A stretch of 55,465 bases of DNA, from NCBI RefSeq assembly GCF_001194135.2, contig NC_068987.1, positions 60,898,340 to 60,953,804 of the forward strand, written 5' to 3'. The notes under the pieces were generated by a model. The model saw only the letters and a list, made by a program, of their open reading frames with translations, ran no database searches and had not been told where the DNA came from. This DNA comes from Octopus bimaculoides (taxonomy: Eukaryota). Shown one piece after another: positions 13,468 through 25,224 of this stretch (positions are counted from its first letter, which is position 1; the number at the start of each line of letters is the position of its first letter). Position numbers and translations under genes: made by a program.

Positions 13468-13687
13468 CCCACTAGCATTTAAGTCAGCCGTATCCAGCCA
13501 AAATATTCTATCCATATTATGTTCAAACTGGCCAGATCCAGCCTCTCACACCTATCCTACAATGTTATTCTAAAAATAAACAACCATTTTATTGAAGTAT
13601 CTTAGCTATGATATAATGCATGATTTAGTCAAAACAATGTGAATACATAAACATTACATTTGACAGACTAATCGGAATGCTAAAGGG
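13468..13687. mobile_element. piggyBac-type MITE (220 bp)
   Basis: TTAA|CCCACTAGCATT ... AATGCTAAAGGG|TTAA. A fragment of the same family lies at about 47236-47303. Confidence 0.85.
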
Positions 13688-13744
13688 TTAAGCTGTCAAA
13701 GAATCAAATGCACTTGCTTTATATATGATGTATATGTGCATGTT

Positions 13745-13994
13745 TGTGGAGGCGCGTGGATTAGTGGTTAGGGTGTCAGTACCATGATCGTAAGATTCCT
13801 GGACCAGGCGACGCGTTGTGTTCTTGGGCAAAGCACTTCATTTCATGTTGCTCCAGTCCACTCAGCTGGCAAAAATGAGTAACGCTGCGATGGACTGGCG
13901 TCCTGTCCAGCTGTGGAGCACATACGCTATTGAAACCGGGAAACCGGGCCCATGAGCTTGGCTAGGCTTTAAAAGGGCTCATTTATTTATTTCT
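13745..13994 (+). mobile_element. SINE family D (tRNA head) with a 14-bp TSD
   Basis: TSD TATATGTGCATGTT at 13731-44 and 13995-14008; A-box-like TTAGTGG; (ATTT)n tail. Confidence 0.92.
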
Positions 13995-15418
13995 TATATG
14001 TGCATGTTACAAGTGAAAAGCCAAAATAAAGGTGAAATGACAAATCCAGGAATGACAGAACATGTGTGATACCAAAAATAGAAATCCTATAACTCCATGA
14101 AGGTAAGATTTCTTTCGCAGGCAATGAAAAATAAAACCAGAAGCGTAATTAAGATTAATTAATTTTAGTGTCAAGTTCAGTCGACGTGGCTTTCACTAAT
14201 TAAAATTCATTCAACTATCACTGATATTGATTGAATATTGCTTAAGACAATTGAACATTTATCCATGTCATAGCGAATAGGACCATTGTAACTGACTGGA
14301 AACAAAAGCCCATTTAAAAAATTATTTTAAACTTTCTTGAAATTTATGGAATTAAAAGTTTGGAAAATTTTCTATGTACTGGTTTTCCAATATTCTTTGC
14401 TGTATTGAGGTTTGCAGCAATCATAGAATAGGGAATTTGTTGGTTACTTTTGCACAAATCATATTTTTTGTTGTAGTTGTTTTTTTTAATAATCTTTAGA
14501 GCAGAGAGGTCCAGTGGACTAACAGAATGGTTGGATCATAGCGATCAATGCCTTGCCTCCTTAGCTTCTAAGTTCAAAACCTCCTCATGGAGTGATATGA
14601 TGGATTATTTGATTAAATACCTTCTCCAAACTATAGGTCAAATATGAGAAGTTTAACACAAAGACACATTTAAATATGTCCATCCAACTTAATTCATTTT
14701 AATTTACAAACACACTATAAGCATTTATCTACCAATATACTGCATCCTCTCTCATTGGCTAACAAATTTATTTCTCACCCATCACTACTTTGGAACCCAG
14801 TATCAACTACCAATCTAACCTTTTAGATTGATTTTTATTTAATTAACAAAAGAGAAAAATATTAACCAATACAAATGCATATATCCCATGACAGAATAAC
14901 AAAACTTTCCTTTCTTGCATAAAAAGAGAGCCAAGTAAAAAAAAATACATCCGATGCATTTGGAATGGCTCTTCAAACAATAGGAAAACTATCTAAGTGT
15001 CTTCACCATTAGTAATTGCCAAATACAAAATATGAAATACAAAACAGAGAAAAAGTTACAGAAAGTACTTTTGCTGTTGTTTGTCCCCAGGATGCAATTC
15101 ATATGGGTTATGCTTTAAGCAAAATCAAATCAAATTCTTTGAAAAGGAAGAATTCAAGGATGTGGGCAACAATAGCAATTTTACAAGCCTTGAGGACAGC
15201 ATGCTTTTAAAATACTTCATTCACATTGATATTATATTTCAGCTTTGTTAATTGTTAAAAACAAATAGATTATAGCTTGCAGGCTTGAATACTCACAGGC
15301 TGTCCTTTACAATGTCGCCTTCAATTCTGTATTATGGAAAGATATAGCCATAGCAGTATTGCTTTCTTTTTACTTTTGTCTTGTTCAAACTGTGTGGGAT
15401 AATGATGTGGAAGACAAC

Positions 15419-15451
<33 letters not shown>

Positions 15452-15939
15452 CATCATTATTATTATTATTATTATCATTGTTATTATTTTAATACTTTTC
15501 TTTTCAAGCAAGTTTCATTTTGTTTTGAAAGTTGAGCAATAAAAAATAACTTCATTGAAAAATTTGCTCCTTTTAAAGATTTGTTATTGTTGATTATTGT
15601 GTTCTTTTGTTTGCAAAACATCAGCAAAGCTGCAAGTGGCTGGTCAATTCCTTTGTTTTCACATCCCATGGAGTGGGGACATACTTTCGAAATTTTTTTC
15701 TTTGTTTTATCTTGAGATTTTTATCTGAAAAATCCAAAAAAGCACAAACAGGACATCAATATTTGTGGTCAGTAACCAAAGGTGAAAGTTGGAGATGGTT
15801 CAAGTAGTAGAGGGAAAGCTGTTATGCAGATCTTTCTCTTCATTACATATGCCAATGAAAGCTTTTCTTTTGCCCGTTGTCAATGCAGCCAGCCCTGTCA
15901 ACAATTCAATGAGTTCTGTTGAAGAGGAAAAGGACAGCA

Positions 15940-16480
15940 GTAAAACAACTACAACAGCAGCAACAGCAACATACCAAATTGCAAGAATAACAATGAAAAA
16001 AAAAACCAAACATGGAAATAAGAAGAGCAACAATGCCAACAGTAACAACAAAAACAGAAACAGTTGCATGTCCAGCAACTATGAGTACGTCAATAATAAC
16101 AACATGTTGAGCAGTAAAAAATAAACAGCAGTGACAATGATGACAACACCTGAATTACCTTTCTTAAATGACCAATGATTCAAAAAAGGTAACCAAAACA
16201 GTAGCAGGTGATGTGACCACTGTGATGTTGACCTGCAATACCATTCTGTCAACTATCACCAATAACTGCCACCAGTCACTACAACGACGACAACCACCAC
16301 CACCACCAGCAAAAGCAACAACCACTGTCACAACCATCACCACCAAAAGTAACAGTTGTTCCATAATTACTGCCACCACTGCTGTCACAGCCATATTCAC
16401 TGTGGCCACCAGAACCACAACCAGCAGTAACAGGAACACAACAGCTACAGCAGAAAGCATTGCAAAAACCAACTCTTTTT
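15940..16480. repeat. Degenerate trinucleotide (AAC/CAC/CAG) low-complexity tract
   Basis: Cryptically simple sequence that generates overlapping T/N-rich and V/L-rich ORFs on both strands. Confidence 0.75.
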
Positions 16481-16747
16481 TTATGAGCCACAAGAATATC
16501 AGTGCCCTTGGACTTCTGGTATGAAAGTTCAAGGGCATTAGTGCCACTCAGTAATGTCAATCAGTCTTCAACATCTTTGAAACCCAGCATCAATGATTTA
16601 TCTTTTGTGAGATTACATTTGTTGCTTTGAAGTGCACTTCAAAGCAAATGTAATTTAAAATACTTAACATTTATAATGTGTGTACAAACATGGAAGAGCA
16701 CAAGCTGTGAACAATTTTAAATCATTTGTAACCATATTATTTTACCC

Positions 16748-18356
16748 GTGCCATATACATGCAAGGGTTGTACTGAAAGTAATGCATAAGTGGGGCATAG
16801 GTAACTCAAATTGCACATGTAAATGATTAGAGCAAAGAACATGGTTTAATGCTTTGGAACAAATTCACTGTTCCAGTACCTGCACTCCCAGCTTTTTGCG
16901 CTTTTACATGATACTAACCAGTTCAATTTCTGTATATAGTAAACTTATGATAAATTTGTCTTCATAGTTACCTTCACTCCAGCATTAAGCATCCTGAGAA
17001 TAAATATAGATTCATAGCAAATAACAGTTTGATTGAGAGGCATCTTCAACCACTGCAGTTAAGTAGTAATCCAAGTTGTTAAATGTGAAGATAAGGCTAA
17101 CCATTCCTGTATTACTTTTGGCTACCAAATGTCTAAGCTAAGATTCAAAATCGAATCTACATTTTCCTACAAATCCTCGGCCTATTGTTCTCACCTGTTG
17201 CACTTAGAGATTAATGAGAATAAGCTGACCTCTTAAACCTTCATGAAGCATACTAGGGTCAAAACTCATTAAAGGGGAAAATTCCTTTGCTTTACCATGA
17301 CCTAGTGTGGTTAAGAAAAATATAAATAAGTAAAGCCAAACTGCTTTCATTCTCTTTCGTTGCTGCTTCTGATCAAAGAGCACATCTAACTTTCTTCCCA
17401 TACTGATGGAGAAGTAATACCTTTATATGTGGGACAGCACACTACTTATAGTCTCTACTTGCCAAGACCTTCTTACTCTATCTCTAGTAGTCATACACAG
17501 ATGGATTTACTATCTACACAATGGACCATAGAACTAAAGACAATTTGTTTACTGTAATGACATACAAACTGTGTACACAAACAACTTGAAACAGTTGTAT
17601 TTTCTATATTGTAACAACTATCATAAAAATCATATATATAAAATGGCCATCTCAACAAGCAGTTAATATTGTTCATCTTCAATCATTTATCCAATGCATA
17701 TTGACGTTATAACTGGTGACCATCATAGATTGCTAGGAGTGCACAGTTTTAGTTTCGTTCAAATACTGTTTGTTTAAATATTAAACTCATAGATACTGTT
17801 GACAGACAGAAAATAAAATTTTGAAGCTAAATCTTTTATGGTATTTCCAGTTCCTTTTATTCATTGAAGATTTAATAAAATGTTTGTAAACTGATTCTTT
17901 CCCATTTCTTTATATTATCAACTACACTTGTCACTATGAACCTATCATTTTGAGTTAATTGTCAGGGTGAATTAATGCAAAGGTATCCTGATAGAGGAGT
18001 AGTGGAGAGATTGTGAACACAGTATGTACACATGTCATCAATGTGTAAACTAGCTGAATGGCTGAATGAACTAACAAATACCTATGCACACTTTATGGTA
18101 ATTAAACTTTTAAAACTGTCATTACAAATATTTAGCATACATTTTCTGTAATTATATTTAAATTCAATTTTCATAATATAAAAGTAGATTAATGTGAGAG
18201 GCCATTAAGTAAGGTATAATTGTATATGTGCGTGTATATGCATACATACATCTCCCTAGTGCCATATACATGCAAGGGTTGTACTGAAAGTAATGTATAA
18301 GTGGGAACAACATTTTTATTAACTGACATAGGTCACTCAAATTGCACATGTAAATG
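16748..18356. repeat. Pair of short direct repeats (16748-16825 and 18259-18356)
   Basis: A 47-bp block with 1 mismatch plus a 30-bp block with 1 mismatch; copy 2 has about 20 extra bp between the blocks. Confidence 0.9.
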
Positions 18357-19689
18357 CAGTAACTCTTCCTCTCTAGGAAGTCTTCTTGTTCTTCTTCATT
18401 CCAGGCATTTTTTAAAATTATTATTGCAAATAGTGTTTGTCAAAAGAGAGCTATTGGTCAGTCCCTTGATGTTGTCATTACTCAATTTGGAAGGTCCAGA
18501 TGTTGATTTTAAAGATTTCTTAACTGGAAGACAATGAACTCTAGTTACAAATTTTAGATACTTACCTGTTATATATCTATTCCATCAGTCATGATTAACA
18601 TTTTTTAATAAAATTATTTCTTTATTTGTCTGTATTTGGTCTGTGATTTTATCAGAACAATGATAGTAGGAAGACCAGAACTTTTGGTGATTAATTATTG
18701 CACATACATCTAAATGTTCACTTAGTGAAATCTATTTATTATTAGAATCTCATATTTGTTGCAAATGAATAGTGAGTTTGGTTCTCAAAGAAAGTTTTGT
18801 TTGGTCTATATAAAAATGTTTGGATGAACAGATGGATTTTTTTACAGTGAAGATACATCCTGATTTAAATTTGAGATATAATTTCTCTAAGGTTGATACA
18901 GGTTCTGTAATTAGGGGAGCTACTGGAGTTTTGTTTTAATGAGTAATTTGGCACTCATAATCCCTTAAAAATTACTTATCAGCAACAAATTACCAATTAC
19001 AAACTTTTCTTCTATCAAAAAGATGAAGATGATTCCAATGGGTCAAAGCAGAAGAAATTAAAGTAAATGATTACTGCAAAATAATGCACCACAAAATATC
19101 TTCAAATGGTATTTGTTCATATCAAAAATATGGCTGAGTTCAAGTGAACATATATCTTCCTTCATAAAGGAGTACAACATGAATGATGGGTAACAGGTTG
19201 AAAGTGCATGACTGTGAATATAAGCAGCTGAAATGGGGTTCCTCCAAAATATCCCTGGAGTAACGTTACTCAACAACAGTATAGGATAAACCATTAAACA
19301 AAAAAGCATTTGCTTAGAGCATCAAGGGAAAGGGGGCATCACAGAAATGGTAAATGGTTTACAATACAAATGAAATCCCTTTAAACTTGCTAAAATAGTA
19401 TTCAAAGCAGTTTATATGATTGGAAATATAATTTCAAAGTATTCATGGTGTCATAATGAGAATCTGATTAAAGATATTGCAATTAAAAAAAAAAGTGGAA
19501 GACAACTTAAATATAATTAAAGTGGAAGTATACAAAAATAGGTCTTTATTTTCCATCTTACTGTTAGTTTTGTTTTATTTTGAAAAATTAAAAATTTATT
19601 TTATGGTTTATTATTGTTTATATTTTGAATACGTATATATGGGGATGCCAAAATCTTTTAAGTGCATGGGGCCTCTATGGGTTTGAATC

Positions 19690-20040
19690 CAGCCCTGCTC
19701 AACAAGTTGCATAGGCTGGAGATCAAAGAGATTCTCCACATTATACCAATGTGAAGTCACAGATAAGGTATTACAGAGAAGTCACAGATAAGGTATTACA
19801 GACATGTGATTAGAATGTCATAGGAAAGAATTGCAAGGCAGTTTTTTTCAAGACAAGCTTCCAGGCAGGAGATCTACGGGGTCAATCAAGAATGAGAAGA
19901 TTGGATAAAATCCATAGTCTCAGTCACACTTGGAAATCCAACTAGAAAGACTAATGGTTGATGGTTGCTTCTGATAGGACCTTATGGAGGAGCTGCTTGA
20001 GGACGCTATCTCAATAACCCTCCTAGGAATAGGCAAAGAA
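19690..20040 (+). mobile_element. RTE LINE 3' fragment, containing an exact 25-bp tandem duplication (19753-19802)
   Basis: QIRYYRHVIRM...MVASDRTLWRSCL. The unit gaagtcacagataaggtattacaga occurs twice. A related fragment lies at about 46915-47060. Confidence 0.65.
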
Positions 20041-20057
20041 CTTGGTTGCATGAGTAC

Positions 20058-20397
20058 AACATCATCATCATTGTTTAACATCTGCTTTCCATGCTAACAT
20101 GTGTTGGACGATTTGACTGAGGACTGGTGGACCAGGTGGCTACACCAGGCTCCAATCTGATTTGGCAGAGTTTCTACAGCTGGATGCCCTTCTTAACGCT
20201 AACCACTCCGAGAGTGTAGTGGGTGCTTTTACATGCCACCGGCACGAAGGCCAGTCAGGCGGTACTGGTAACAGCCATGCTCAAAATGGTGTATTTTATG
20301 TGCCACCTGCACAGGAGCCAGTCCATGTGCACTGGCGACGATCTCGCTCGAAAGTCCTTACACATGCCACTGGCACAAGTGCCAGGGAGGCAATGCT
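20058..20397 (-). mobile_element. RTE 3'-tail repeat (family B)
   Basis: (CAT)n tail plus the ctacagctggatgcccttc...aaccactcc block. Same family at 9349-9628 (-), 12082-12262 (+), 33553-33780 (+), 34510-34668 (+), 37375-37620 (-) and 40820-41071 (+). Confidence 0.88.
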
Positions 20398-21169
20398 GTA
20401 CAACATATTTCAAACAACTTGTGTTTTAAACTCAATGTGCATGTATGTACAGTAAAGAGCGCATGCACGCATGTGTGCATGGTGTGTGTGTGTGTGTGTG
20501 GTGTGTGTATCCTCTTTTCATATTCTCTGTGTGTTTGTATGTCTATGTTTATATGAGAGAACATCTTTGCTGACTTAAACCAGCTGACAGGGAATAAATA
20601 CAAGTTACTTCTCTTTTGAAAGAATGAGAGAAAAAGAGAATGTGTGGTGTGTGTGTGTGTATAAGAGTGAGAGAGAGAGCAAGAGAAAGATACAAAGAGA
20701 GAGAGAGAGAGAATGTTATTTCTGTTATGTGGTCTTGTATACTAACAGACTACACTGCGACAATCTCTGATTAGAGCGTGAATATGTGATATTTTGTAAT
20801 GAACAGTAGGTAGGAGACGATCTGTCTGCAGAATCAAATTGCGCCAAAAGAAAACAGATTGTCTGCAGAAAAAACACAAAATAGCTAAACATGTAACATC
20901 ATTAAAGATTTGCTGTTACAATCATGAAAACGAGATCATGTGACTAGTGAAATTTAATATCAGAAGTTACTCTTCAAGATTATGTACAAAATCTGTCAAA
21001 AGAAATATCAAATTATATATATAGAAAATGAACTTTACTGATTTGGTGGAATCAGTTTCGAAGGCTTGTCATGAAAGATGAAAGGAACCTGATGATGGTA
21101 GAAGCAGTGCCACTACATATACACACACACAAATACATATTCTCTCACAACATACACTTATTTGTGTAT

Positions 21170-21387
21170 TCATATATCTTGTTTGAGTCATTGGACAGCA
21201 GCCATGCTGGAGCACCGCCTGCAAAGGTTTAATAAAACAAATCAACCCAAGTACTTATTTTTTATGTCTGGTAAATATTCTATCGTACATTATTGTCAAA
21301 CCAATACGTTATGGGGATATGAACAAGCTCACACCAATGGTCAAGTAGTGTGGAGAACAAACACAAAGACACACACACACACACACA
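21170..21387 (-). mobile_element. SINE family A 3' half, ending in (CA)n at mariner 1
   Basis: Aligns to the family-A tail; the apparent continuation is at about 23826-23853. Confidence 0.75.
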
Positions 21388-22263
21388 CAGGTGGTATCAA
21401 AAAGTTCCCAGACTAGCTCAGTGGCGAGTCAACAGATGGCAGCACATGATTGCATGTACAGTGACAGCTAGCAGTGACCTTTACGAGGCAGTGTGCTGAG
21501 TGACATTGCTGTGTTTACTTTGCAAATTGTGAAATTTGTGATCACATGTATGCTGTAGTCTGTAATTTTGTCATGGACAGGAACAAAAAGCCAATGTGAA
21601 ATTTTGCATTAAACTTGGGAAGTCTGCTACAGAGCCATTGAGCATGCTTTGGCAAGCTTACAGTGAGCAATGAGGCAATGAGTCATACGCAATGTTTTGA
21701 GTGATGCAGGCGCTTCAAATGCAGAAGAATGTCCCTGAAAGGTGATGAATGCTCTGGAAGACTTGCCATGAGCATCACCCTCTGGAATGTGTTATTGTGC
21801 ATAAAGAATTCATTCTCCATGTCTGACTTATTAATCGAGAGTTCTACTCCAATGTTTTGAAGCATTTGGTGAAAGCGACCAGATCTGTGGAGCACAAAGA
21901 AATGGATTCTTCACGATGACAATGCACTCTGTTACCAAACTCTCCTCACTCAAAAGTTTCTTGCCAAAAACAACATGGTTTCATTTCCGCACCTGCAGAC
22001 TTCCATATCTTCCCTAAGATGAAAATGTAGCTCAAAGGTCACCACTTTAACATCATTGTTGAGATCCAGAGTGACTCACAGAAAGTCCTTGATTTGCTTA
22101 CGGAAAATGACTTCCAGGCCAGATTCTAAAGGTGGCAGGAACACTGGGACCAGAGTACTGCTGTACAAGGTGACAATTTCAAAGGACATGACATTAAAAC
22201 TTAGGTAAATAAGTTATTTGTTATTAAAGATAACTAGTCCAGGAACCTTTTGATATTACCTTG
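21388..22263 (+). mobile_element. Internally deleted mariner element (mariner 1)
   Basis: About 30-bp TIRs (caggtggtatcaaaaagttcccagactag / ctagtccaggaaccttttgatattaccttg), TA on the right. Remnants ANVKFCIKLGKSATE and WILHDDNA; the central transposase is missing. Confidence 0.88.
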
Positions 22264-22273
22264 TATATATATA

Positions 22274-23789
22274 TCAGATCATTCCATAAGTAATGGTGTT
22301 TTTTATACTGTACTTGTTTGTTGAAACATGCTCTAACATGTTTAAACAAGATTTTTTCATGAGTGCATAAATACCACAGAGCAAGGAAAGCTTCAGTTAG
22401 ATTCTTATTTCTTTACTACCCACAAGGGGCTAAACATAGAGGGGACAAACAAGGACAGACAAACGGATTAAGTCGATTATATCGACCCCAGTGCGTAACT
22501 GGTACTTATTTAATCGACCCCGAAAGGATGAAAGGCAAAGTCGACCTCGGCGGAATTTGAACTCAGAACGTAACGGCAGACGAAATACCAATAAGTATTT
22601 CGCCCGGGGTGCTAACGTTTCTGCCAGCTCGCCGCCTTTAGTTAGATTCTGACTTGCAAATACTCAAATAATAATTTGTTGCTTTGATAGCCCCTCATGA
22701 CAATAGAGGTCACAGAAGAGCAAATAAGACATAAGTATAAAAATGACAACAATGCAACAAGTATTGTAAAAAATGTACAAGAAGTGTATACTAAAAGTGT
22801 TTTGAATATTCATAAGCACTAACAATGGTTACATAAATTTTGACAAAGGGATTTTAGCTTGGAAGATGTCTGGGCACTCTGTCTCTTTTGTTAAGGATGT
22901 GTTGAGAGCCGCTATTGGAAGAACCTCACATGCAACTGTTGAAGAGTTAGCAGAGGAGGTTAATTCATTGTCATCTACTGTCCATCGCCATTTGCAAGAA
23001 CTTGGAAACGTGTCTAAGTTTGGCAAGTGGGTTCTACATGAGCTGAGTGAAAACAATGAAAGAAAACATGTCAATATCTGCACTATTCTTTATCTATGTG
23101 AGAAAAAAATCTCCATTTTTGAACTGCCTAGTGACGGTGATGGAAAGTGGATACTCTATAAGAATGTTAAATGCTGACATCAATAGGTTCAGCCAGAAGA
23201 ACAAGTAAAACTCCATTCAAAACAAGCTCTTCATCCTCAGAAAGTTTTGTTAAGCATTTGGTGGGACATGTTAGGTGTAATACACTTTGAAACCTTGTTA
23301 CAAAACCAAACAATTACAGCTCAAGCGTACTATGAACAAATTGATAGATTGAATGAAAAACTTACAGAAAAAAGGTACTCCCCAGTCAAGTGCAAGGGTG
23401 TCATTTTCCATCATGACAATGCCAGACCTCATGGTACAAGAATCACAAGTTCCAAGATTGAAGAGCTAGATTAGGAAAGGCTTCCACATCCTCCATATTC
23501 TCCTGGCCTTGCTCCTTCAGATTATCACTTATTCCAAAGCCTGGAAAATTTTATTGGTGGAATAGAATACAATTCCGTAGAGGCCCTTGAAACAGACCTT
23601 CAGGAGTTTTTCTCTTCTAAGCCAACTGATTTCGATAGGGATGATGTAAAAAACCTTTTACATCATTGGAAGAATGTTATTGATTTAGATGGGGAATACA
23701 TAGTTGATTAAATTGGTACCTTACTTGTTTTTTTTTTTTTTTTGTCTTCAAAGTCTACTACAAAAAAACATTACTTATGGGATGACCTG

Positions 23790-23790
<1 letters not shown>
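22274..23790 (+). mobile_element. Near full-length defective mariner (mariner 2, Hsmar1/Mos1-like) carrying a SINE insertion
   Basis: TA|tcagatcattccataagtaatg ... cattacttatgggatgacctga|TA. Motifs WVLHEL, GDGKW, FHHDNARPH and PYSPGLAPSDYHLF, with stops and frameshifts. About 1.27 kb once the SINE is removed. Confidence 0.92.
22406..22639 (-). mobile_element. SINE family C, young copy with an 11-bp TSD, inserted in mariner 2
   Basis: TSD AGTTAGATTCT at 22395-22405 and 22640-22650; B-box GAGTTCAAAT; central gaggtcgactttgcctttcatcctttcggggtcga motif. Confidence 0.92.
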
Positions 23791-23830
<40 letters not shown>

Positions 23831-23936
23831 GCCTCAACACAGATTCCATCTAGTACATTAACTAAATTTGGGAACACTCAAGGAAAAACAAGACAACAAA
23901 CAGACTAAAAGAACATGCACCCATAAAAATGACATA

Positions 23937-25224
23937 CAAGAGGTGTTCATTAAAGATTTCTCCTGACCCACTTCCAATCATTGCAGGAAATGGAACTTGT
24001 ACAGGTATAATCATACATGTCTCTACATGTCACATTGTAAATTGCAGCTTTCCACTAGTATTCGTTTATCTTTTATGGCTGCTGAAGTGGACTAAGATGT
24101 TATAATGGAGGCAGCTGAATGCAGATCAGTGATCAGATTCTTATTCTTGAAAAGTCGTACACCAAAAGAGACTTTTGATGAAATGAAAGAAGTTTATGGT
24201 GACGATGCAGCATCATACAATGTAGTCAAACTCTGGCATTGCCAATTCAAATGTGGTTGGACATCAGTGGAAACTGCTCCTATTCCTGGATGACCACATT
24301 TTGCCATTGATGATGACACTATCCATAAAAAGACAGTTGCCATTTTGGAGGATTGCTGCATAACTATTAAGCAAGTAGCTCAAGAAGTGAAGATAAGTGT
24401 AAGGTCTGTGGAAAAAAAATCATTCATGACCATTTGTACATACAGAAGTTGTCTGCATGATGGATTCCCCAGATGTTCACAACTTTTCAGAAGCAGGAAT
24501 GAGTCAATTGCTCCCAGGCTCTTTCGGCAATGTGTCAAGAAAGTGAGGGGGATATTTTCGGTAGACTTATCACACAGGATGAAACATGGGTCCATCACTA
24601 TGATCCTGAGACTAAAGTCCAGTCGAAGTAATAGAAGTATGATAGCTCACCACCTCCAAAGAAAGCTTGTGTCCAACCCTCAGCAGGCAAGGTGATGCTC
24701 ACAGTATTTTAGGACCAGCGTGGAGTAGTGATGATGGATTTTCTGGCAAAAGGCACCACAATTAACGGGGCATATTATACTTCTCTGCTGCAGAAATTGC
24801 AGGATGCCATCAAAGCAGAGAGGCGTGGCATGCTGACCAAAGGTATCCGCCTCTTCCAAGACGTCCCGGTTCACAATGTGCATGTTGCCCACTTGAAAGC
24901 ACACTCCTGTAGCCATGAAATCCTCCATCCCCCTTACTCTCCTGACCTTGTTCCATCTAACTTCCACCTCTTTCCAACCATGAAGTCTTTTTTGAAGGGG
25001 GAGCACTTTTCAGATGATGATGAACTTATTTCTGAGGTAAAGTCTTGGCTCCAGATACAACCTACTGACTTCAACAGGATGAGGTCTTCACAGCTGCATA
25101 GTGATGGGAGAAGTGTGTCACCATTGGTAGTGGCTATGTAGAGAAGGACTAATATTATGTCAAGTTTTGTTTATCCTAGTCCTTGGGAAGTGGGTCAGGG
25201 GAAATCTTTAATGAACACCCCTTG
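23937..25224 (+). mobile_element. Full-length (1288 bp) defective mariner (mariner 3, irritans/Himar-like N-terminus)
   Basis: TA TSDs; about 39-bp TIRs caag(a/g)ggtgttcattaaagattt(c/t)cctgacccacttcc with 2 mismatches. Transposase 24105-25141 (RSVIRFLFLK, DETWVHHYDPETK, HPPYSPDL) is broken by stops and frameshifts. Confidence 0.95.

Noticed and set aside
13748-13830. tRNA genes at SINE heads (families A, C, D)
   Set aside because: A/B boxes are present, but the heads continue into SINE bodies with TSDs, and I could not build a complete cloverleaf.
15600-15900. Gypsy RNase H-like motif LVTDHK on the minus strand
   Set aside because: A single six-residue match; flanking motifs are unconvincing and there is no RT or integrase nearby.
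15789-16560. Overlapping 90-127 aa ORFs on both strands
   Set aside because: Explained by stop-poor trinucleotide low-complexity sequence.
18301-18570. 78-aa plus ORF and a minus-strand open frame with a nearby GTAAGT donor
   Set aside because: No recognisable homology, and the donor-acceptor spacing (24 nt) is too short for an intron.
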